The notes beneath the pieces are model-generated. The model searched no databases, was not told the origin of the DNA, and saw nothing but the letters and a program-made list of their open reading frames with translations. Source: Pseudomonadota bacterium (GTDB lineage Bacteria > Pseudomonadota > Alphaproteobacteria > Rickettsiales > SXRF01). Taken from it: a stretch of 64,000 nt of DNA. The first letter of the stretch is position 1, and every line of letters begins with the position of its first letter. The stretch is from NCBI GenBank assembly GCA_963205195.1, contig CAUJHR010000023.1, forward strand, positions 89,054-153,053, in the 5' to 3' direction. The translations under genes were made by a program, and so were the position numbers. Positions 58,401 through 64,000 of this stretch are shown piece by piece.

Positions 58401-58548
58401 GTGCAACTGCATGGTTGTTTTCTATACGAGTAGCAGGAACTGCACTGCCATTAGCCGCCTGCGCGGATAGCGGCATTAATAATATTCCCGCGCATAATAA
58501 CAGGCGCGAATAATTATATATGTAAAAATCCAGACGCATCGCAACCAT
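55483..58548 (-). CDS. Large secreted protein: beta-rich N-terminal modules, Ala/Lys/Pro linker, TPR-like helical C-terminal ~600 aa
   Basis: 1021-aa ORF. Signal peptide ...LLMPLSAQA/ANG. The linker is AAKPAPAKEVAKAVPNTPTKEQIAAEKAAQ. The C-terminal region has long helical repeats. I recognise no catalytic motif. Confidence 0.6.
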   Translation of the reverse strand: MVAMRLDFYIYNYSRLLLCAGILLMPLSAQAANGSAVPATRIENNHAVARLVFELQKPVPFTAVAKNKTITITFERKAKPDAAAILSKLYPYISSVERKPDGKTVILTMDKPYHIRKFTNKNISGIELLQFAAKPAPAKEVAKAVPNTPTKEQIAAEKAAQVIRKQVADNRIKFMNSAKNLGMLAPAAGNAAEEKKAEIEKSDDGAAHPADVDNILRDQINKVTVSAAEDSITLRFPLAERTAFSVFNRNHHLWIVLDKNLKLDLSEFEEMEKTVVGKPELIANPKATILYMPIDDNVYTSVLKEENSNNVAVLITQKKQPIAISLPVEVSTGPPAPPHVLISTLEMADPLTIRDPIIGDEIIITPLFKIGEGVTHKREFIEFDLLETTQGIALVKKADDISVLQLRNGLRITSGKGATISPDLPKIDIKNVNDGVQANPTLFPYEIWKANITETRQKQIQSMFHQIVETDNTQDANNARLKLAKLYLSEGLAPEANALLDGINRSNPAFYRTAKLNALHGAANFLMARFIESAKDFSATELNNNKEIEYWRAVLADLLGNTGQTYDYLAMNDDYISKYPPVFRQRLAIVAADRSIANKDYNIALKIFDSLHQDNLLDSINVYINFLMAKISLSTGQQKEATENLDKIAEDYKHPFVKARAEFTRIARDMDAGLEKDKAIDRLERLRLSWHGDNLELTVLTLLGELYNERKDYVNAMRVWNNGVQAFKNTAAAIEMAHKMEEVFIIMFNEGVADKLPPLEALALYYEYRNYMPNGTAGSEMVDRLADRLVSVDLLEQAAGLLDHQMRTQTEKEKRSQIGAKLAGIYLLNHQPQKTLLALQDSVYGENQATLRLTRNRLAAQAMVDMGKPDMAMQTLGQDDSTEAESIRLSIYWKAKDWDKLTASVENILKARQDITAAVTLDESEYLIKLALAYVFTDNKEQLQYLRDYFGPLMANSPNRKVFEFVTSSDIDPNSRNFDEVIQYINNTRSFIENYKAHILLPANSPAPAANTAAEATTATK

Positions 58549-58631
58549 AATTTATAGCATACCCATCCGTATGGAAGATACTGTTATAGCATGTAATGTA
58601 TTTTACAAGGAGCAATAACGAAAGGTAAAAA

Positions 58632-60071
58632 TTATATAAAAGATGGGGATTGGGATTCAGGGTTAATAGTTTTTATTGCTGACTGCCAGTTTGCTTTATT
58701 ACTTCCCTTGCTGGGCGGTGTTTTTTCATCTTTTTTATCTTTGCTGTCGGCAGCCAGTGTCATACACTGTGCCCACGGATTGTTTCTCATAAGTTCAACT
58801 TGCTCTTGAAGCCTGTCGCGTACATTGGAGTCTTTCATTGCCAGCACATCTTCACGTCCGAGAAACCCTGACATGTAATCAATTAAATTTTTCTGCATAT
58901 TCTCTGGCTGTTTTGCAATCAGGTCGGCAGTAAGGGCAATCACACTGTCATCAACACTCTTATCGCTTATCACGCCTTTTCCATGTCCCTTTGAGGAAAT
59001 AGTCATTAGTATTTCGGCAATTAGATTGGCGCCAACAAAGGTTATTCGTAGCGGAATGGATTTTTTCATGGTTTCATCATGATTTATTACCGCAGATTTC
59101 ATAGAATGATAACTGCCAGCAGCATGGAAGCATGTACTGACAATATAGCCAATTCCAGCCACTGCCAGCGGGTGTTCTTGAATCTGCTCCCACAAAGCAG
59201 CTACACCATGTTTTTTTGGCGCATCAGGATCTAAAGACTTTTCTTGTATGAGAGATGCCAGGGCACCAGATGACATGGTAGTTGCACCCAGTGCCACATC
59301 CATTTTTCCTTCTCTTACTTTCCTGTGAACCTGCTCTTTATCCCACCCTTCTGGAGGCTTTGCGTAAATATTATGGCGCAGCGCTGAAGCAATTATGCTT
59401 ACGCCTGCAAGACCAAAAAATGCATTCATAATTTCAGAAGGGTAACGGCTTAATAAGTCATCCGTGGTTTTCAATACCCCTTTTTTATGATCGCTGGTAA
59501 TAGCAGCGAGAGAGCAGTTTTCTGGCAAATTAAAGGATTGCTTTTTTACCTCATCTTGCATCTTTTTTGCAAGATCATGAATTTCCATTTGTGCATTATC
59601 TTGATTTCCATACCCTAAAAGGGTAGCGCTTCCTGCAAAATACATTGCTCCAGCTAATATATCTTCCAAATGCCCTTTTTTATATCCATATGCTGCATAG
59701 GCAGCATCCCCTACAAGAAAAGATAATCCACTAGCCTTCAAGCTGTTTTGCTTGATTTTATTAGCAAAAGAAATGGGCTTTTCTAAAGTTCTTTCAATTT
59801 GGTGATCACCTTTAATCCATCCCTTTTTTTCAAGTTCTTTCAGTAGTTTTTTTTCACTGCCAAAACCCCGTATTTCTAGCGTGGGTTTACTATCTATTGC
59901 TGCTGGGATATTTTGCCAGCCACGCCCTGATAGGGCTTTGGAAATATCCATCAATTTTGCATTGTCAGCGTTTTTATCGGCATGCAAATAGGCACGAATT
60001 GAACCTCCGTCCGATTTTTCGAACGTGATCTCGTCAACTATGCTGTCTTTTCCATAGCGGTAAATGCTCAC
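58632..60071 (-). CDS. Hypothetical membrane-associated protein (orphan)
   Basis: 479-aa ORF with a GTG start and AGGA 6 nt upstream. It has about six Gly/Ala-rich hydrophobic segments (e.g. ILAGAMYFAGSATLLGYG, LAVAGIGYIVSTCFHAAG) between charged loops, and a Lys/Ser/Pro-rich C-terminal tail. I recognise no family. Confidence 0.5.
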   Translation of the reverse strand: MSIYRYGKDSIVDEITFEKSDGGSIRAYLHADKNADNAKLMDISKALSGRGWQNIPAAIDSKPTLEIRGFGSEKKLLKELEKKGWIKGDHQIERTLEKPISFANKIKQNSLKASGLSFLVGDAAYAAYGYKKGHLEDILAGAMYFAGSATLLGYGNQDNAQMEIHDLAKKMQDEVKKQSFNLPENCSLAAITSDHKKGVLKTTDDLLSRYPSEIMNAFFGLAGVSIIASALRHNIYAKPPEGWDKEQVHRKVREGKMDVALGATTMSSGALASLIQEKSLDPDAPKKHGVAALWEQIQEHPLAVAGIGYIVSTCFHAAGSYHSMKSAVINHDETMKKSIPLRITFVGANLIAEILMTISSKGHGKGVISDKSVDDSVIALTADLIAKQPENMQKNLIDYMSGFLGREDVLAMKDSNVRDRLQEQVELMRNNPWAQCMTLAADSKDKKDEKTPPSKGSNKANWQSAIKTINPESQSPSFI

Positions 60072-60130
60072 TATTTATCCTATTCTAAATACTGCTTAGA
60101 ACGTAATTATAGCGGATAAATATAATAATT

Positions 60131-60152
60131 ACATGACAATTGCATGACAATT
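60131..60152. repeat. Tandem 11-bp repeat (A/G)CATGACAATT x2 upstream of the 479-aa gene
   Basis: acatgacaatt gcatgacaatt, read directly. It lies 60-80 bp upstream of GTG 60071, and a TATAAT is at 60111-60106 on the minus strand. Confidence 0.6.
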
Positions 60153-60168
60153 AACAAAAAATTCACTT

Positions 60169-61620
60169 TTAGCCGTTGCGGACCTTGCTGTGATGCTGGC
60201 TATAGGTAAAATATATTATTACACCCAAAACCAGGTAAACCAGGTAGAATTTTACGGTTACAGGGTTTGAAAGCAGCCCATAAATCAAATATCCACAGAA
60301 AATCATGCCTAAAATAGGGAAATATGGGGTAAATGGTACGCGGAAGGGACGCTCAAGGTTTGGTTCCACCTTACGCAGGTAAAGCACTGTAAAGCAAATA
60401 ATAGCAAATGCAGTAAGTGTGCCCAGCGATACAAGATCACCAAGTATATCAATAGGGGTAGTGGCCGCTATTAACCCAATTACAAGCCCAACAACTATGG
60501 TATTAACCCAAGGTGTCTGGTATTTATGGTGCACAGCGCTGAAAATCTGCGGCATAAGACCATCCTTAGCCATAGTATAAAATACACGGGTCTGGCCATA
60601 CATAAGCACCATCATAACCGAGGTAAGTCCGGCAATAGCACCGATTTTTACTATAAAAGAAAGCCATGGCAGACCAATGGCATCAACAGCTTTGGCTATC
60701 GGATCGGCAACATTTAAGGTGCTGTAAGGCACGATACCGGTAAGTACGGCAGCAACTGCCATATATAAAACAGTGCAGACAAAAAGCGAACCAAGTATGC
60801 CGATAGGAACATCGCGCTGCGGGTTTTTTGCTTCCTGTGCTGCGGTGGAAACAGCTTCAAATCCTACATAAGCAAAAAATACTATGCCGGCACCGCGTAA
60901 AATACCATTCCACCCATAACCAAAATTATTTTCCGGTGTTGGTTCCGGTATAAATGGATGCCAGTTAGCAGGATCAATATATTGCGCCCCCATTACTATA
61001 AAAAGCAATACAACGGAAACTTTGATAAATACGATAAGATTATTGATAGTTGCCGATTCCTTGACGCCAATAATCAAAAGCATTGTCATCATAAGTACAC
61101 CAAGAAGGGCAGGGAGGTTGAAACCGCCGGTAAATAGCAGGTCATGCCCATCATTGATAATTTGCAAGGTAGGGGTAGTCAGGGATTTAGGAATAACAAT
61201 ACCAAAATTTGCAAGGAAGCTTACAACATAACCTGACCAGCCAACGGCAACAGTCGAGGCCGCAACTCCATATTCCAGCAAAAGTAGCAATCCCATCCCC
61301 CATGCAAGCAGTTCGCCAACGCTTGCGTAAGCATAAGAATAGGCGCTGCCGGAAACAGGCAGCATTGATGAAAGTTCTGCATAGCAGATGGCCGCAAAAG
61401 TGCAGCAAAGACCAGCGATAACGAAAGAAATAATAATAGCGGGGCCGGCATATTGAGCTGCTGCTTGCCCGGTCATTACGAAAATGCCGGCGCCAATAAT
61501 ACAGCCAATGCCAAGGCTTATTAGGTTCATTGCTGAAAGTGTGCGCTTGAGCTCACCTTTTTGTGATTCAGCTTGAATTGAAGCAATGGATTTTTTAACC
61601 ATAAACCTAGAAAAACTCAT
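60169..61620 (-). CDS. APC-superfamily amino acid permease (cationic amino acid transporter-like)
   Basis: 483 aa with 12-14 TM helices. N-terminal signature LISLGIGCIIGAGIFVMTGQAA. Strong SD GGAGGTG. Confidence 0.9.
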   Translation of the reverse strand: MSFSRFMVKKSIASIQAESQKGELKRTLSAMNLISLGIGCIIGAGIFVMTGQAAAQYAGPAIIISFVIAGLCCTFAAICYAELSSMLPVSGSAYSYAYASVGELLAWGMGLLLLLEYGVAASTVAVGWSGYVVSFLANFGIVIPKSLTTPTLQIINDGHDLLFTGGFNLPALLGVLMMTMLLIIGVKESATINNLIVFIKVSVVLLFIVMGAQYIDPANWHPFIPEPTPENNFGYGWNGILRGAGIVFFAYVGFEAVSTAAQEAKNPQRDVPIGILGSLFVCTVLYMAVAAVLTGIVPYSTLNVADPIAKAVDAIGLPWLSFIVKIGAIAGLTSVMMVLMYGQTRVFYTMAKDGLMPQIFSAVHHKYQTPWVNTIVVGLVIGLIAATTPIDILGDLVSLGTLTAFAIICFTVLYLRKVEPNLERPFRVPFTPYFPILGMIFCGYLIYGLLSNPVTVKFYLVYLVLGVIIYFTYSQHHSKVRNG

Positions 61621-61627
61621 AGCACCT

Positions 61628-61649
61628 CCAAATGATTTTAATCATTTGG
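61628..61649. promoter_or_regulatory. Perfect 22-bp palindrome overlapping the permease Shine-Dalgarno
   Basis: CCAAATGATT-tt-AATCATTTGG. The stem end (C61628-C61629) is complementary to the first two G of the SD GGAGGTG (61629-61623, minus strand). Confidence 0.4.
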
Positions 61650-61695
61650 TTCTAGCGGTTTAAGGAATATTTGCAAATGTTTTATTTAATGGAAA

Positions 61696-62043
61696 TTATT
61701 TATTGGCCTGTTGCTGCTGTCCGCCTGCTGCTTCCATTGCCGCGATAATTTTTGCTATTGCGACTTCCGAATTGCCATCTTCTATCTGCTGCAAAGTTAC
61801 GCCGAACATCTCGGTAACTTTTTTGGTTATCTCTGCGGGAGGTTCTTTCCCGCGTCCCGATACTATAACTTCGCCATATTCGTCTTTAGTGAAATTCTGT
61901 ATATTATATTGATTAGCGACTGCCTGCTGGAATTTTTTAGCTAAATCCGGTTTTACTGCAAGGTAGCACCAGTAAAAGCCGCCACGTTCCATTAGCCCGC
62001 GTACAAGAGTTATAAGTCTGGATGAGGTTTTTTTATCGTCCAT
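61696..62043 (-). CDS. Hypothetical 115-aa protein
   Basis: ORF 25 nt downstream of the 80-aa gene on the same strand. It has a Gln-rich C-terminus (GGQQQQANK), a weak SD and no recognised family. Confidence 0.45.
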   Translation of the reverse strand: MDDKKTSSRLITLVRGLMERGGFYWCYLAVKPDLAKKFQQAVANQYNIQNFTKDEYGEVIVSGRGKEPPAEITKKVTEMFGVTLQQIEDGNSEVAIAKIIAAMEAAGGQQQQANK

Positions 62044-62068
62044 ATCAACTTGCGCCGCAGGCCTTACA

Positions 62069-62311
62069 TTACCTGCCGATCAGCGTGGTACCGGCATCCT
62101 GTGCGCGGTGCAATAATTTGCTGACCATGTTACCAAGTGTACCGCCTGTAGCAGCTGCCCCTGCATAGGTTATAGCTGAAGCGGTTGAGGCGGCCATGCC
62201 TGTGGTTGCAAGCTCCCCGGCAATTATGGCTCCGGCTGGCGCAAGCGCTACTATTGAAACAACGGCAGCTGCACCAACAATTACTGCGCCCCAACTTATA
62301 TCTTTAAGCAT
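62069..62311 (-). CDS. Small Gly/Ala/Thr-rich membrane protein (80 aa)
   Basis: Strong SD (AGGAG, 6 nt before the ATG). It has one clear hydrophobic helix (WGAVIVGAAAVVSIVALAPAGAIIAG), then an Ala/Thr/Gly-rich stretch and a basic amphipathic tail. Confidence 0.5.
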   Translation of the reverse strand: MLKDISWGAVIVGAAAVVSIVALAPAGAIIAGELATTGMAASTASAITYAGAAATGGTLGNMVSKLLHRAQDAGTTLIGR

Positions 62312-62380
62312 AAAAATCTCCTGAACCTAACTATTAAACTGATTATTAACTTAAGCCAACACTAACATAAAATATAGGCG

Positions 62381-62402
62381 AATTATATGACAATTATATG
62401 AA
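62381..62402. repeat. Tandem 11-bp repeat AATTATATGA(C/A) x2 in the AT-rich divergent intergenic region
   Basis: aattatatgac aattatatgaa, read directly. On the minus strand it contains TAATTGTCAT, identical to a 10-mer within the 60131-60152 repeat region. Confidence 0.55.
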
Positions 62403-62615
62403 AATAATATTACAGGAGCGGCCACTAGCCCGAATATAGGAGGATTATTGGTGTCGATAAATCGCGATATATCCATATATTATTAGGGTATATCCAGTTA
62501 AATTAATTAACAAATAATTAAAAACATATTAAGTATATATTGATTAATTGTTAAGTTAGATTTATTATTCATTAATATCAAAGGGGATTTTTGCAAAAAA
62601 ATTAAATAAATTTTC

Positions 62616-63926
62616 TTGTGTTTCTGCAGTAGGGGAATAGCCAGGGTGGAATATTTACATTTAAGCGTATCTAACGATATTGTGAATGGCAAAAGCAGGA
62701 GAACAACATCTTTACATGAAGATGGCAGCAATAAAACAATAGAAGTGTTTTATGAATTTGATTCACAGATAGAGTGGTCGGAGAATACCCTTTTAGACGG
62801 CCATGTGTTTGCCATATTGCTTTATGCCTGCAGCTTGGGCAAGCCCCTTAAAGTTCATGGTCCAATCTCCCGTACCGCGCTACGAAATATTGATGAGCTG
62901 CAATTAGCATGGGGAAAGTGGAAACCGGAAATATATAAAAAAATAGAAATTATACCCGATTATGTTGATAACAAAATTAGGCGGCAGATTGGTGGTAAAA
63001 CCATTGCCGCATTTTCTGGAGGAGTAGATGCTACCTTTACCGCGCTTAGGCACACAAAAATACTACCTGAAAATATCAGGTATCCACTTAGTAGTGTTCT
63101 TATGGTTCATGGCTTCGATGTTGATGTTTATAATTGTCGTGACTTCAAGCAGTTGACAAAAAGGGTAAGCCCATTACTTGAATATTTGGATCTGGAATTT
63201 CGTACTATACGGACCAATAGCCGTGATTTAAAATTACAAGATTGGAATGATTCGCATGGGCTGGAGCTTGCTGCTTGCCTCCATATGCTTAGCGATGAAT
63301 TTGAATTCGGTATAATTGGCAGCTCAGGGTCATATGACAATTTTGCAATGCCGTGGGGGTCAAGTCCGGTAACGGACCATTTGATTTCTGGAAGCCAACT
63401 TTCAATAATACATGATGGCGCTGGTTTTTCACGTACCGAAAAAGTTGCCGGCATATTAAATTTTCCTATTGCATGTAAAACCATAAAAGTTTGCTGGTCT
63501 GCTGCTGACCAGAGCGGGAATTGTGGAAGATGTGAAAAATGTGTTCGAACCCAGCTTAATTTTCTTGCAGCCGGAGCTTCTTCTCCTCAGCCATGCTTCT
63601 CAGGAAAACTGCATACTGATCATATAATAGCTGCACAGAATAACAAATACACCCCTCTTAGGGATATGCGAAGTTTGGTAGCTTACGCCAAGGCCAATAA
63701 TATAAGCGGTGAATGGCTTTCGGTAGTAAAAAATGGTATAGATGAACAAGAAGGAAAGCCATTATCTTCAAATTTAGTATCAGTCATTAAGGATACAAAT
63801 TCTCTGAAGGGGCAACTGGCAAAAATAATTTCTGAGCTTGGTTTTGAAGAGCCGGCAAAGAAATTATGGAGATCGGTGCGCCGCACAGTAATAAAAGCAA
63901 TAGCAGAATATCAAACCTTACTGTAG
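62616..63926 (+). CDS. PP-loop (adenine nucleotide alpha-hydrolase) superfamily protein, QueC/ExsB-like core with extra N- and C-terminal domains
   Basis: Modified PP-loop IAAFSGGVDATFTAL and a C-terminal zinc-ribbon-like C-x11-CGRCEKCVRT, as in QueC. The start is uncertain (TTG 62616, GTG 62646 or GTG ~62682). Confidence 0.5.
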   Translation: MCFCSRGIARVEYLHLSVSNDIVNGKSRRTTSLHEDGSNKTIEVFYEFDSQIEWSENTLLDGHVFAILLYACSLGKPLKVHGPISRTALRNIDELQLAWGKWKPEIYKKIEIIPDYVDNKIRRQIGGKTIAAFSGGVDATFTALRHTKILPENIRYPLSSVLMVHGFDVDVYNCRDFKQLTKRVSPLLEYLDLEFRTIRTNSRDLKLQDWNDSHGLELAACLHMLSDEFEFGIIGSSGSYDNFAMPWGSSPVTDHLISGSQLSIIHDGAGFSRTEKVAGILNFPIACKTIKVCWSAADQSGNCGRCEKCVRTQLNFLAAGASSPQPCFSGKLHTDHIIAAQNNKYTPLRDMRSLVAYAKANNISGEWLSVVKNGIDEQEGKPLSSNLVSVIKDTNSLKGQLAKIISELGFEEPAKKLWRSVRRTVIKAIAEYQTLL

Positions 63927-64000
63927 GTATTGCCAGGATTTCATTTCTAACCATAATTTCTCTGGCACTATAATAACTTAAATATATAATAGGATATTAG

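Noticed and set aside
62069-62311. Interpreting the 80-aa Gly/Ala/Thr-rich ORF as a class II bacteriocin/microcin or RiPP precursor
   Set aside because: It has no double-glycine leader and no Cys residues. No peptidase-ABC exporter, immunity gene or recognisable modification enzyme is adjacent. Composition alone is insufficient.
62616-63926. Calling the QueC-like gene part of a Qat or Dpd-type defence/DNA-modification system
   Set aside because: None of the required partners (QatA ATPase, QatB, TatD-like QatD, or DpdA/B transglycosylase-type genes) is visible in the window, and the downstream context is truncated. It is kept only as an open question.
1-64000. Window-wide look for tRNA, rRNA, CRISPR arrays, IS elements, integrases, prophage genes or known defence-system genes
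   Set aside because: All intergenic gaps are shorter than 400 bp. None shows a cloverleaf-compatible sequence, repeat-spacer periodicity or terminal inverted repeats. No ORF carries transposase, integrase, nuclease/helicase or phage structural motifs that I can recognise.

Overview
This window looks like a low-GC alphaproteobacterial chromosome. That assignment is an inference from gene content: a DUF1013/TrcR-like protein, SURF1, a Cbp3-like chaperone, an MPP-like M16 peptidase, glyS-ppdK linkage, and the lptG<lptF<>pepA>holC arrangement. I recognise no rRNA, tRNA, CRISPR array, transposase or integrase. Positions 0-24 kb are tightly packed housekeeping genes: lptFG, pepA-holC, glyQ-phzF-panD-glyS, ppdK, gltX, cysS, rpoH, an M16 peptidase, thrC, SURF1 and a peroxiredoxin-trxB pair. 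Positions 24.0-47.4 kb hold a mosaic ~23 kb LPS/O-antigen locus. It encodes the full WbpA/B/E/D route to UDP-2,3-diacetamido-2,3-dideoxy-glucuronic acid, with WbpB and WbpD fused. It also has a WbpG-type amidotransferase fused to a class-II glutaminase, a polyprenyl-phosphate GT2 plus an 814-aa GT-C enzyme, two MOP flippases, Wzy/WaaL-type proteins, and a translationally coupled E1alpha-E1beta-aldo/keto reductase-phosphoglycosyltransferase operon that may build a two-carbon-branched sugar. Positions 47.5-53 kb are my best candidate for an undescribed system. A TcmP/LCM-type carboxyl methyltransferase and an orphan LuxI/FeeM-like N-acyl synthase sit next to a CYP102/CYP4-like P450. The P450 shares a repeat-rich divergent promoter with a TonB-dependent receptor. 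Positions 53-64 kb carry a FadN-type beta-oxidation enzyme, a 1021-aa secreted TPR-like protein, a 479-aa orphan membrane protein, an APC permease, a small Gly/Ala-rich protein plus a 115-aa orphan, and a QueC-like PP-loop protein next to the window edge. All functional calls rest on motifs read from the translations; no database search was run.
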